From contig CAWIEK010000009.1 of assembly GCA_963835065.1 (NCBI GenBank), forward strand, positions 119,436 through 183,435: 64,000 bases of DNA. Direction: 5' to 3'. Each line of letters opens with the position of its first letter. The first letter of the stretch is position 1. Positions 40,393 to 51,128 of the stretch are shown in pieces. The notes under the pieces are model-generated. The model was not told the DNA's origin and did not search any database. It saw only the letters and a program-made list of their open reading frames with translations. This DNA comes from an uncultured Chthonomonadaceae bacterium (GTDB taxonomy: Bacteria > Armatimonadota > Chthonomonadetes > Chthonomonadales > Chthonomonadaceae). Both the position numbers and the translations under genes were made by a program.

Positions 40393-41415
40393 ATGAACTC
40401 TGAAAACCCGGAAGAACCGCAAACCGCTTCCGAAACTATCAACTATCAACTATCAAGTACCAACTACCATACGCCCGTCCTGCTGGACGAAATTCTGGAC
40501 GCGCTCAATCCGCAGCCGGGCAAAACAATTTTAGACGCCACGCTTGGCGGCGGCGGGCACAGTCTGGCCTTAGCGCAGCGATTGCAGCCAACCGGAACGC
40601 TGATCGGACTGGACCGGGACACGGATGCTCTGCAGGCCGCGCAGTCCCGACTCGATTCTGTACAGAACTTTGTCTCCATTATACTCGTTCATTCCGCATT
40701 TGGCAATATGGAAACGGCCTTAGCCACCAATAACGCCATAAAAAACAGGAAATTAGACGGAATTTTGTTCGATTTGGGGGTTTCCTCGCACCAGTTGGAC
40801 ACGCAGCGGGGTTTCAGTTTCCGCCGGGACGAGAATTTGGATATGCGGATGAATCAAAGCGAGGGCGAATCCGCAGGGGATGTTGTGCGGGGCGCTTCCG
40901 CCGCCGAACTGGAGCGCATCTTCCGCGAGTATGGCGAAGAGCGGTGGGCAAAGCGCATTGCGCAGGTGATTGTGGAACGCCGCGCAAAACAGCCGATTGA
41001 AACCACCGCGCAGCTCGCGCAGGTCGTGGAGCAAAGCGTACCCCGCAAAGCCTGGCCGCGCGACATTCATGTGGCGACCCGCGTGTTTCAAGCCCTGCGC
41101 ATCGCCGTCAATCAGGAACTGGAACAATTACAAACCGGACTGGAAGCCGCGCTTGACCGTCTCGCTCCCGGCGGGCGCATCGCAGTCATCAGCTACCATT
41201 CGCTGGAAGACCGGATTGTCAAACACGCTTTTGCCGAAGCCGCGGGACAGGGCGCGTCCGCTCCCGGTTACTCGCCCGCCGCGTTCGTGACAGCAACGCG
41301 CGAACCAACGCTGCGCCTTGTCACCCGCAAGCCCATTGTGCCGACTGAAACTGAAATCGCCCGCAATCCCCGCGCCCGCAGCGCGAAATTGCGCGTAGCC
41401 GAGAGGAGGCATTAG
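40393..41415 (+). CDS. rsmH: 16S rRNA m4C1402 methyltransferase
   Basis: HTPVLL, DATLGGGGHS, DLGVSSHQLD, SYHSLEDR, NPRARSAKLR. Confidence 0.96.
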   Translation: MNSENPEEPQTASETINYQLSSTNYHTPVLLDEILDALNPQPGKTILDATLGGGGHSLALAQRLQPTGTLIGLDRDTDALQAAQSRLDSVQNFVSIILVHSAFGNMETALATNNAIKNRKLDGILFDLGVSSHQLDTQRGFSFRRDENLDMRMNQSEGESAGDVVRGASAAELERIFREYGEERWAKRIAQVIVERRAKQPIETTAQLAQVVEQSVPRKAWPRDIHVATRVFQALRIAVNQELEQLQTGLEAALDRLAPGGRIAVISYHSLEDRIVKHAFAEAAGQGASAPGYSPAAFVTATREPTLRLVTRKPIVPTETEIARNPRARSAKLRVAERRH

Positions 41416-41480
41416 GCATTAGGCATTAGATACAAAATAAGAGTTACAAGCCTAATGCCTAATGCCTAATGCCTAATGCC
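41407..41480. repeat. Heptamer hairpin (AGGCATT)n...(GCCTAAT)n
   Basis: Inverted tandem arrays overlapping the rsmH stop. Confidence 0.8.
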
Positions 41481-41497
41481 TACCAAGAGGTTGCCGA

Positions 41498-42040
41498 ATG
41501 TCCACAACAGTTCCGCGCCAATCTGCCAGTGTCGCGTTCCGCACGGAAACCTTTGCTTCCGGCGCGGCAGCCCTTCCCAACCGCCGCCCGCTTCCGATTC
41601 CGCCCACCGCGCCTGCCCGTCCGCAGGCGATTCCCGCTTCGCGCCCACGCCATGCGGCGCAAACCGGCTGGCTGCTGGCGCTGGTCGGGGTCGCCCTGCT
41701 CGTGGTGATTGCGGGAATGGTCTACCTGTCCGGGTACGCGCAGGTGACGCAGGAAGGCTACCGGCACACGAAATTAATAGGACAATTAAAGCAGGAAACC
41801 GAGAAACAGCAGCAGGCTAAACAATTAAAAGCGATAGCCTACACCGCTGCCCACATCGAACACAAAGCCCGCGCATTGGGAATGGTTGCCGCCGAAGAAA
41901 AGCAGATGGTCACCGTAGGCGAAACCACACCCACGCAATTGCTGCAGCAGTCTCTTCTGGCAGCGCCCGCAGACGAGGCATTAGGCATGAAGGCATTAGG
42001 CATTAGGAATACTCCCGGTCAAGTTTATTTAGCCGCATGA
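41498..42040 (+). CDS. ftsL: FtsL-like cell division protein
   Basis: Position between rsmH and PBP; single TM, coiled coil, IEHKARALGM. Confidence 0.7.
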   Translation: MSTTVPRQSASVAFRTETFASGAAALPNRRPLPIPPTAPARPQAIPASRPRHAAQTGWLLALVGVALLVVIAGMVYLSGYAQVTQEGYRHTKLIGQLKQETEKQQQAKQLKAIAYTAAHIEHKARALGMVAAEEKQMVTVGETTPTQLLQQSLLAAPADEALGMKALGIRNTPGQVYLAA

Positions 42041-42094
42041 GTCACCTTCTATAAGGCATGTTTCTAATGCCTAATGCCTTCATGCCTAATGCCT
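41976..42094. repeat. 31-bp perfect inverted repeat built from AGGCATT heptamers, spanning the ftsL stop
   Basis: 41976-42006 is the reverse complement of 42064-42094. Confidence 0.85.
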
Positions 42095-42114
42095 AACAAG
42101 AAAGGAAGCCCCTC

Positions 42115-43998
42115 ATGGCCGTGAGCAGCCTGAATCGGAGCGTGGTTCAAAAACGGCGCATCAAGATCGCCTTTTTGTTCATATTGGCCTGCTACGTCGG
42201 CCTGATGGCGCGGCTCTTGTACTTGCAGGTGCTGCACGGCGCGGAAATACACCAGATCGCCGCACAGGGCCGCGAACGCAGAATTGTCCTGCCCGCCCGC
42301 AAAGGCACAATTGTTGACCGCAACGGACGCCCCTTAGCCGCCAGTCTGTATATTGGGGAAGCCGGGTTCGATCCATTTGACACGCTGACGACGGGCAAGG
42401 ACGCCAAAACCGCGCGCAAAATTGAAACAGACCTTGCTTCCAGCATCCAGAGGGCCGCGCTGCTGCTGCAAATCCCGGAAGCCGAACTGACGGCAACCGT
42501 GCAGAAAGCCCGCGCCGATTTCAATCCGCATAAGCCCCATCATCAGTTCGTGCGCTTGAAAAAGGGGCTGTCTATGGATACCGCGCTGCTGATTAAGGAC
42601 GCCCGCCCGCCCCTGCTCGGCTTCGGCATTCTGGATGGCAGTAAGCGCGTGTACGCCAGTGGCGACAGCGCGGCCCATGTCGTAGGCTTCGTGCGCTCGG
42701 ACGGCGTGGCGCAGGCGGGATTGGAACGGGGCTGCCGCAAATGGCTGGACGGCGCAAGCGGCTTCGCCCTCGCCGAAGTGGATGACCACAAGCGCGAAAT
42801 CCCCGACACGATCCAAAAAATGGTTCCGTCCCGCGACGGCTACGACGTGCATACCACTCTGGACGCCAACATTCAGCACATCGTCACGGAAGAAGCGGAA
42901 AAAATCGTTGCGGACTCGCACCCGCGCGGCGTTTCCGTGATCGCGCTGGACCCGAATACGGGCGACATTCTGGCGCTTGCCAGCCTGCCCACGTTCGACC
43001 CGAACCCCGGCAAGCGCAAGGAACTGAACGCGCTTCCCAAAGTGGAAATGGACGAGCATTTCCGGGATCGCTGCGTATCCAGCTTGTACGAACCCGGCTC
43101 TACGCTGAAAGCCCTGACCATCGCCGCTGCTTTAGATCAGGGAATTATCACGCCAACCACGTCGTTTTATTGTCCCGGCTCGCTGACGGTCAGCAAAAAG
43201 ACGATCCGTGAAGCGCACAGCGAAGTGCATGGCGAAGAAACCGTCCGTGACGTATTGCGCCACTCGTGCAACGTCGCCAGCGCGCAAATCGGGATGCGCA
43301 TGACGGCGAAGAAGTTAAAACAGGCTGACGAGCAGTTCGGGTTGATGGACAAACTGAATCTTGGCGTACCGGGCGGCATTGCCGGTAAATGGTCGTGTGA
43401 CCCCAATGAAAAGCAATACTCGGAAGCCAAAGCCGCCCGCGTCGCGTTCGGACACAGCATTGTCACCACGCCCCTGCACGTCGCGCTTGCCTACGCTGCC
43501 TTTGCCAATGGCGGACTTCTGATGAAGCCGCGCCTGATTACGTCCCTGACGGACGGAACCGGCAAAACGGTGCAAAAATGGGAGCCGCAAACGGTTCGCC
43601 GCGTGGTTTCCCCTGCCACCAGCGCCCTGATGACCGATATGCTGCGCTCCGTCGTGTCCAGCGGAACCGCCAAAACCATCGCGATGCCGGGGTATCAGTT
43701 CGCGGGCAAAACGGGTACGGCGCAAAAGTACACACCGGGCAAATACGTCGCGTCGTTCATCGGCTACCTGCCCGCCAGCCCGCATGTCAAGCCCCGCGTG
43801 GTGATTCTGGTCGCTGTAGACGAACCAACGGGCGAAAAGCACTTTGGCGCGGAAGTGGCCGCCCCCGCCTTCAAGGCCATCGCCACCCGCCTGATGCAAT
43901 ACTGGCGCGTTCCCGAAGACGACCCGAATTGCGTTCAATCCAAGGCCGCCGAATATACCATCAAGCATCCCGAAAAACTGGCGATACATCATAACTAA
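42115..43998 (+). CDS. ftsI: Class B penicillin-binding protein (FtsI/SpoVD-like)
   Basis: RKGTIVDRNG, YEPGSTLK (SxxK), SCN, KTGTAQ. Confidence 0.92.
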   Translation: MAVSSLNRSVVQKRRIKIAFLFILACYVGLMARLLYLQVLHGAEIHQIAAQGRERRIVLPARKGTIVDRNGRPLAASLYIGEAGFDPFDTLTTGKDAKTARKIETDLASSIQRAALLLQIPEAELTATVQKARADFNPHKPHHQFVRLKKGLSMDTALLIKDARPPLLGFGILDGSKRVYASGDSAAHVVGFVRSDGVAQAGLERGCRKWLDGASGFALAEVDDHKREIPDTIQKMVPSRDGYDVHTTLDANIQHIVTEEAEKIVADSHPRGVSVIALDPNTGDILALASLPTFDPNPGKRKELNALPKVEMDEHFRDRCVSSLYEPGSTLKALTIAAALDQGIITPTTSFYCPGSLTVSKKTIREAHSEVHGEETVRDVLRHSCNVASAQIGMRMTAKKLKQADEQFGLMDKLNLGVPGGIAGKWSCDPNEKQYSEAKAARVAFGHSIVTTPLHVALAYAAFANGGLLMKPRLITSLTDGTGKTVQKWEPQTVRRVVSPATSALMTDMLRSVVSSGTAKTIAMPGYQFAGKTGTAQKYTPGKYVASFIGYLPASPHVKPRVVILVAVDEPTGEKHFGAEVAAPAFKAIATRLMQYWRVPEDDPNCVQSKAAEYTIKHPEKLAIHHN

Positions 43999-44174
43999 TT
44001 TGCTTGTTCCGAATCGCCATACGCGCCATGCTCCGGTTCACGTATGGTTTGGGGCCGTGCCGGCGGGTGTTCGCCCGGTTTTTCATTTCCGGTACGGCTC
44101 TCTTTTCTTGAACCTTTTCTTTGGAAAAGTTTGCTATACTATTGAACGTCTAATTTTATTCCAGGAACGCGCTC

Positions 44175-45752
44175 GTGAAACCCGCCTGCTCGCTTGCACA
44201 ACTTTTCTCCCGGCTGCCAAAGGCGCACTCCAACGTGGATACGTTTGCGCTGGAAGTTGTCACGGTTACAGGCATTTCGCATGACTCGCGCATGGTGGAA
44301 CCGGGCGATATATTTGTTTGTTTGCGCGGGCAGGCGTTTGACGGACACCGTTACGCAGTGGATGCATTGCAAAAGGGAGCGGCAGCCCTTGTGGTTCAGG
44401 GAGATGGACTGGAGCAGGCGGGCGTCACGGTTCCGGCAGACGCGCCTGTTCTTACCGTGAAGGATACGCGCCACGCCCTGCCCCTGCTTGCCTGCGAAGT
44501 ATACGGCAACCCTTCCCACGCGCTGACAATGGTAGGCGTGACCGGCACGAACGGTAAAACCACGACAACCCGCATGATCGCGTCTATCCTGCGCGCAGCG
44601 GGGCGCAAAGTCGGCACGATTGGCACATTGGGCGCGGAACTGGACGGCATTGAATTGCCGAGCGAGCATACCACGCCCGAATCCGATCAACTGCAGCGCC
44701 TGCTGGCGCAGATGCGCGAACAGGGCGCGGACGCGGTTGTCATGGAAGTCTCCTCTCACGCGCTTGCGCAGCATCGCACGGACGGCATCGCGTTCAACAT
44801 CGGCGTGTTCACCAATCTGACGCAGGACCATCTCGATTTTCATGGCACACTGGACGCTTATTTCGAGGCGAAAGCCCGCTTGTTTGCCGAGTACCCTGTT
44901 CTTTACCCGCGTCCCGACAAGACCGTGTTCACTTCCATAATCAATGTTGCGGCGTGGGAAGGGCGCAACCTTGTCACGCTGGCGCGGGGCGATATTCTGA
45001 CGTATACCAGCGCCGACAATCCGGCCAATCTGCGGGCGCAGGACGTGCAGCTTGCCCCGGAAAGCGCGCGGTTTACGCTGGATTATGACATCGGCACGGC
45101 GCGGTGGACATTGCCCATTGCATTGCCTGTTGGGGGCGCGTTTCAAATCGGCAACGCCCTTGCCGCCATCGGAGCCTGCCTGAAACTCGGCATTGACAAA
45201 GAAACCATTGCGCGCGGATTGGCGAACCTGCCGCCCGTGCCCGGACGGTTTGAAGCCGTGCCCAACACGCGCGGTTTCAGCGTGGTGGTGGATTACGCGC
45301 ACACGCCTGACGGACTGGAAAACGTGCTGCGCTCCGCCCGTGACCTGAATCCCGCGCGCCTGCTGTGCGTGTTTGGCTGCGGCGGCAACCGTGACCGTAC
45401 CAAGCGCCCGATTATGGGCAGGCTGGCAGGAACCCTGTCCGATGTTGCGATTGTCACCTCCGACAACCCGCGCCACGAGGAACCACAGGCTATAATTGAC
45501 GAAATTCTCACCGGCTTGGACAAAAGCGCCGATGCCACCCTCACCGCCGACGTTCGCGTCGAACCCGACAGGCGCAAAGCCATTGCCTTAGCCGTGAGCC
45601 TTGCCCAACCTGGCGACCTGATCGTTATCGCCGGCAAAGGCCACGAGGATTATCAAATCATCGGCGACACCAAACACCACTTCGATGACCGCGAAGTGGC
45701 GCGGGAGTTGCTGAGAGTATCATTAGTAATGCACATTGAGCCACACAGGTAG
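44175..45752 (+). CDS. murE: UDP-MurNAc-tripeptide synthetase
   Basis: GVTGTNGKTT, MEVSSH, DYAHTPD, DNPR (meso-DAP type), GKGHE. Confidence 0.96.
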   Translation: MKPACSLAQLFSRLPKAHSNVDTFALEVVTVTGISHDSRMVEPGDIFVCLRGQAFDGHRYAVDALQKGAAALVVQGDGLEQAGVTVPADAPVLTVKDTRHALPLLACEVYGNPSHALTMVGVTGTNGKTTTTRMIASILRAAGRKVGTIGTLGAELDGIELPSEHTTPESDQLQRLLAQMREQGADAVVMEVSSHALAQHRTDGIAFNIGVFTNLTQDHLDFHGTLDAYFEAKARLFAEYPVLYPRPDKTVFTSIINVAAWEGRNLVTLARGDILTYTSADNPANLRAQDVQLAPESARFTLDYDIGTARWTLPIALPVGGAFQIGNALAAIGACLKLGIDKETIARGLANLPPVPGRFEAVPNTRGFSVVVDYAHTPDGLENVLRSARDLNPARLLCVFGCGGNRDRTKRPIMGRLAGTLSDVAIVTSDNPRHEEPQAIIDEILTGLDKSADATLTADVRVEPDRRKAIALAVSLAQPGDLIVIAGKGHEDYQIIGDTKHHFDDREVARELLRVSLVMHIEPHR

Positions 45753-45768
45753 CGCCATGCACAATAGC

Positions 45769-45900
45769 GCGACGGGCTGAACCCCTTCGCTGTATGGCGT
45801 TCCGCCAACTGTCCTTCGGACAGAATACTCTTTGATGAACAGGTTGTGTCCGAAGGACACAGGGCCGCAGGCCATACAGCGAAGGGGTTCAGCCCGTCGC
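45769..45900. repeat. REPIN-like palindromic element, family A
   Basis: GCGACGGGCTGAACCCCTTCGCTGTATGGC...GCCATACAGCGAAGGGGTTCAGCCCGTCGC; same arms as 30622-31019. Confidence 0.85.
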
Positions 45901-45913
45901 TGCCCTAGAACAA

Positions 45914-47353
45914 ATGGAACCCATTTCGGTACAATGGGCGGCACAGATAAATGGGCAAGTCATTGGCAGCGCCGTTGGTGAAGTCACGAGCGTCTGCATT
46001 GATTCGCGGCAGGCCAAACCCGGCGCGTTGTTTTTCGCGCTCAAAGGGGAGAACTCGGACGGGCATGAGTACGTTGCGCAGGCATTGAAAGCGGGCGCGG
46101 TGGCTGCGGTTGTGGAACGCAAAATTGAAGGACTGGAAGCCGTTGCCGCGTCAGGAGAAAAAACAGGCGCGCAGATCGTAGTTCCGGCTGCGCTGCGCGC
46201 CCTTGGCGATCTGGCGAGGCACTATCGCCGGCAGTTCGCGATTCCGATTATCGGCATAACCGGCAGCGTAGGTAAGACCTCCACCAAAGAAATGATTGCC
46301 GCCGTTTTACGAACCACCTACAACACGCTTGCCAGCGAAAAAAACTACAACAACGAGATCGGCGTTCCGCTCACGCTCTTCAACTTGAACAAGACACATG
46401 AGGTGGCGGTTGTGGAAATGGGAATGCGCGGCCTGGGGCAAATTGATTACCTTGCCGAAATCGCTGAACCCACAATCGGCGTGATTACCAACATCGGCTC
46501 GGCGCATCGGGAACTGTTAGGCAGTTCTGAAAACATTGCGCGGGCAAAGTCGGAACTGTTTGCGCGTCTTCCTGCCAATGGAATTGCCATTTTGCCGCGT
46601 AACATCGCGTATCCGCAAATCGTGAAAGCCTCTATTCCGCCCGATTGCCGCATCATTCAAACCGGCGGTACGATCCGCGACTCGGAAGTGCGGCTTATGC
46701 GCGACAGCCTTGTAATCAATGCGCAGGGCACGGCTTCATTTCGGGTTCGCGTTGGCAGTGAGCGGAAAAGCCGGTCCATTCACATGCAGGCGGTTGGGCT
46801 TCATCTGGTGTGGAACGCGCTGCTGACTCTTGCCGTTGGCTATGCGCTCAACGTGCCGTCCGAACAAGCGGCAAACGCGCTTTCCCACTGGCAGGGGGCG
46901 GAAGGCCGCATGTCCGCGCGCCGCGCGCCCAACGATATTACAGTTTTGGATGACTGCTACAATGCCAGTCCCGAAAGCATGTACACCGCACTGCACACGC
47001 TGGAACAAATGAGTCATAGCCGCGTAGCCGTACTTGGCGACATGCGCGAATTGGGCGATTATGCGCGGCAGGCGCATACGGACATAGGCTCCAGTGTCGC
47101 GTACCATAAGGTTCGCTTGCTCGTAACCGTTGGCGGCATGGCCGCATGGATTGCCGATGATGTAGACAAGCGCCAACAACGCGCGGCAGATTTCCAATCT
47201 GTTCGCTTTCACGATGCGCGAGAAGCGGCGGCGCATATCAAAGAATTGGTAAAGCCGGGAGATACGGTTCTGGTGAAAGGGTCGCGGGCGATGGGCATGG
47301 AAGTGATTGTCAACGCGCTGATGGGCGAAAACGATGGAAACCTCCATGCTTAA
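45914..47353 (+). CDS. murF: UDP-MurNAc-tripeptide:D-Ala-D-Ala ligase
   Basis: ITGSVGKTSTKE, NNEIGVPLT, DCYNASP, GDMRELG, VKGSR. Confidence 0.95.
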   Translation: MEPISVQWAAQINGQVIGSAVGEVTSVCIDSRQAKPGALFFALKGENSDGHEYVAQALKAGAVAAVVERKIEGLEAVAASGEKTGAQIVVPAALRALGDLARHYRRQFAIPIIGITGSVGKTSTKEMIAAVLRTTYNTLASEKNYNNEIGVPLTLFNLNKTHEVAVVEMGMRGLGQIDYLAEIAEPTIGVITNIGSAHRELLGSSENIARAKSELFARLPANGIAILPRNIAYPQIVKASIPPDCRIIQTGGTIRDSEVRLMRDSLVINAQGTASFRVRVGSERKSRSIHMQAVGLHLVWNALLTLAVGYALNVPSEQAANALSHWQGAEGRMSARRAPNDITVLDDCYNASPESMYTALHTLEQMSHSRVAVLGDMRELGDYARQAHTDIGSSVAYHKVRLLVTVGGMAAWIADDVDKRQQRAADFQSVRFHDAREAAAHIKELVKPGDTVLVKGSRAMGMEVIVNALMGENDGNLHA

Positions 47354-48395
47354 CCTCGTGCTTGGCTTTGTGTTCGCCTTTCTGCTGGCCGCGCTGCCCG
47401 GCAAATGGGTGATTGCCCGCTTGCGGCAGATGAAAGCCACGCAAAACGTCAGCAGCGACGCGCCTACCACACATGGCAAAAAGCAGGGAACGCCGACAAT
47501 GGGCGGCGTGTTGATTTTGTTCGCGCTGACCGCCGTGACCGTGCCCTATATTGCGCTCACGCAGTTCGGGACGCACCGCCACCCGGCGCAGGATTACAAT
47601 CTGTTGCCCCTGCTGCTGATGACCCTGGCTTTCGGCGCGATTGGAGCCTTGGACGATTACCTGAGCCTGAAACGGGGCAAAAACCTGGGACTGCGGGCGC
47701 GGGAAAAGTTTGCCGCGCAGTGGATCGTCGCCTTCGTATTTGTCGCCTGGATGCGCAATACCACGCCCGATGGTATACAAACCGTTGTGGATGTGCTGCC
47801 GGATCAAGTGACGAACGCTCTTGCCGTCGAGCCGTTCCACATCGCATTAGGTTGGCTGTACTATCCCATCGCGCTCGTGTTCCTTGTCGGCCTGTCCAAC
47901 GCCACCAACTTCACGGACGGACTGGACGGCCTTTCCAGCGGCGTGACGATTTTGATTTCCCTCGCGCTTGCCGCCCTTGTCTGGACGGTACGCCCCGATC
48001 TAGGCTTTTTCTGCGTGGCGCTGGCGGGCGCATTGTGCGGCTTTTTGTGGTGGAACGCCCACCCCGCCCGCGTGTTCATGGGCGACACGGCTTCCCTGGC
48101 GTTGGGCGCGGGACTGGCGGGCGCGGCCATGCTCGGCCATCAGGAAGTGGCGCTCATCATTGCCTCTTTGGTTTGTTGGGCGGAACTCATTTCGGTCATT
48201 ATTCAGGTCAGCGTGTTCAAGTACCGCAGGCGCAAGCACGATTTAGAGTACGCCAAATCGCACCGCGTCTTCCGCCGCACCCCCCTGCACCACCACTTTG
48301 AGGAATTAGGCGTCCCGGAAACGCAGGTTGTCATCCGGTTCTGGCTGGCGGGCGCGGTTTGCGCGGCTGTCGCGCTCTTATGGGGACGAGGATAG
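47334..48395 (+). CDS. mraY: Phospho-MurNAc-pentapeptide transferase
   Basis: KQGTPTMGG, NFTDGLDGL, VFMGDTAS, PLHHHFE. Confidence 0.96.
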   Translation: METSMLNLVLGFVFAFLLAALPGKWVIARLRQMKATQNVSSDAPTTHGKKQGTPTMGGVLILFALTAVTVPYIALTQFGTHRHPAQDYNLLPLLLMTLAFGAIGALDDYLSLKRGKNLGLRAREKFAAQWIVAFVFVAWMRNTTPDGIQTVVDVLPDQVTNALAVEPFHIALGWLYYPIALVFLVGLSNATNFTDGLDGLSSGVTILISLALAALVWTVRPDLGFFCVALAGALCGFLWWNAHPARVFMGDTASLALGAGLAGAAMLGHQEVALIIASLVCWAELISVIIQVSVFKYRRRKHDLEYAKSHRVFRRTPLHHHFEELGVPETQVVIRFWLAGAVCAAVALLWGRG

Positions 48396-48442
48396 TTCGC
48401 CGCGAATTCACGCGAATGGACGCAAATAAAAGCAGAGCAGAT

Positions 48443-49979
48443 ATGACCGAGTTCAAAGATAAACATATCAGCGTGATTGGAGCGGCGCGCAGCGGCATGG
48501 AAGCGGCGCGGGTGCTGGCACGTCTGGGCGCAAACGTGCTGCTGTCGGATAGCCAAACGGCGCAGCAATTGGGCGTTGCGCGTGTCGCGCAATTGGAAGA
48601 ATTGGATGTGCCGTTTGTATTGGGAGCCGACATCGAATCTGCCCTGCCGCCCCAAACTGAATTGGTTGTCACCAGTCCCGGCGTCCCGAAAACCGCGCCC
48701 GTTCTGCAAGCCGCCGTTCAGCGCAACATCCCCGTCTGGTCGGAAATCGAACTCGCCTACCGTCTCACAAATGCGCCCATCATCGCCGTCACCGGAACCA
48801 ACGGCAAAACCACGACAACGCTGCTCATCGCGCACATCTTACAAACCGCCGGACACAACGCCCTCGTCGCCGGCAACATCAGCGCCGATGAAATCAAGCG
48901 GACGTTGGTCGAAGCGGCGTGGGAAGTTGAAGAGAAGAAAAGGAAGAGAAGCAGACGGGGAAGTTACCCTCAACCCTCAACCCTCAACCCTCAACCCTGT
49001 ACTTGTGGCGGAAATCAGCAGTTTTCAACTGGAATGGGTAGAAACGTTTGCGCCGCATATCGCGGTTCTGACCAATATCACGCCGGATCATTTGAACCGC
49101 CATGCGGGGTTTGAGGAGTACGCGCAAACCAAAGCGCGGATTTTTGCCGCGCAGGGACCAGATGATTGGGCCATTGTCAATCACTGGAACCTGCCTTCGC
49201 GTCAGATAGGTTTCCAGTTAGCTGCCGAACGTGGCCTCGCTCACATTGTCTGGTTCACTCATCGTGGCAACAAACCGGGCGCAAAACAGGGGGAAGCTTG
49301 GATTCAGGATGGTTTATTGACGGTCAGGCTAAGTTCCGGCTGCTCTGTCGCCATTCTGCCCGTCGAAGACATGCCCCCTACTCTACCTGGCGCGCACAGC
49401 ATTGAAAATTGCCTTGCCGCGTCTGCCGCCGCGCTTGCTATGAATGTGCCGCCCGAAGTGATTGCAAGCGCGATTCGCAGCTTTCCCGGCGTGGCGCATC
49501 GCATGGAGTTTGTTGCCGACGTTGATCATGTGCGCTACATCAACAACAGCATGTGTACCAATGTCGCCGCAGCCGAAAGCAGCCTCCGCGCTATGGATCG
49601 CCCCACAATTGCCATTATGGGCGGCGCGGACAAGAATTTGGAATACGCGCCGCTTGTGCCTGCCCTGCACGAAAAAGCAAAAGCCGTTGTGCTGATCGGG
49701 CAGGTGGCGGATAAGATGGAAGCGGTGTTTCGGGCGGGCGGCTATACGTCCATTTTTCGCGCCCCGACACTGGAAGCCGCTGTTGAACAGGCGCGTTCGC
49801 TTGCCGCTCCCGGTGAAGCCGTGCTGTTACTGCCCGCCTGCGCCAGTTTCGATATGTTCCGCGATTTCGAGGCGCGCGGCGTCGCTTTCCGCAAGGCGGT
49901 TCACGCGCTCCTGCCTTCCACGCCCTCTGAGTCAGCCGAACCTACTCCCGCATCCTTTGTGGAGGCCACCGCGCCATGA
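48443..49979 (+). CDS. murD: UDP-MurNAc-L-Ala:D-Glu ligase, +1 frameshift inside a repeat insertion (~48925-49000)
   Basis: GAARSG, SPGVP, VTGTNGKTTT in one frame; EISSFQL, NITPDHL, HRME, PACASFD in the next. Confidence 0.9.
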
Positions 49980-51128
49980 TTCGACAGCAAACCCGCCTGC
50001 GTATGCCCGTAGATGTGCCGCTGTTTGCCGTCACCCTGGCGCTCGTGGTTATCGGGCTGTGGATGGTGTTCGACAGCAGTTATCCCAAAGCGCTGGACAA
50101 CCCGCGCATGGGCTTTGACGCCTACTACTTCATTAAGAGGCAGGCGATGGGCGCGTGTGTGGGCGTGTTCGCCCTGTTCTGCTTCATGCAGGCCGGGTAC
50201 TGGAACCTCAAAAAACACGCGGTTGGCTTGATGTTCGCGGGAATCCTGCTGCTGTGCGCCGTGTACATACCGCATTTGGGCGTCCATGAAAACAACGCCG
50301 CGCGCTGGCTGAAGTTCGGACCAATCAAGTTTCAGCCTTCGGAAATCGCCAAATTGCTGCTGATGATTTACGCGGCCAGTTTTCTGTCGCGTCCCAACTG
50401 CAATCTGCGCGATTTGAGCGAGAAGGGATTGGGGCCGCTGCTGCTGGTAGCGGGCGTGTACCTCCTCCTGATTGAGCGCGAACCGGACTTGGGAACCGCC
50501 GCCGTCCTGTTTCTGGCCTTTATGACGCAGTTGTTTCTCGCCGGAGCGCGCAAACGCCATATCGCGCTGATTTTGGGCGTCTGCGGCATGGCCGTCCTCC
50601 TGATGGGCTTCGGGTTCAGTCACCGGGGCGGGCGTATCACCACGTTCCTGCACCCACAGCAGGACATCAAGGGAATCGGCTACCAACTGTTCCATTCCCG
50701 GCTTGCCATCGGTTCGGGCGAACTGACCGGCGTTGGTTTGGGACAGGGACGCGAAAAGTATTTTCTGCCGCAGGGCAACAGCGACTTCATTTTCGCCACG
50801 TATGCCGAAGAATTGGGGCTTGGCCGGTTCCCTTGTAATGCTGACGCTGCAATGCGCCGTCAGTTGGCGCGGGTTTCGGATTGCGCAGCAGACTAAAGAC
50901 CCGTTCGGCTCCCTGCTCGCGTCGGGCATCGCGTCGCTGGTAAGCTGGCAAGCCCTGGTGAACATCGGCACGGCAACGGGTTCCATTCCCGCAACGGGCG
51001 TCACCCTGCCCTTCATCAGCAACGGCTCGACCTCGCTCGTCCTGCTGCTGGCGTCCGTCGGCATCCTGCTCAACATCGCCCAGCATCCCCTCCCGCCGGC
51101 GCAAACCGCGCCCAGGAGGAAGAATTAA
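49976..51128 (+). CDS. ftsW: SEDS peptidoglycan glycosyltransferase FtsW, +1 frameshift near 50820
   Basis: AARW, FQPSEIAK, EPDLGT, DFIF...EELG; continues as GVTLPFISNGSTS. Confidence 0.9.
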
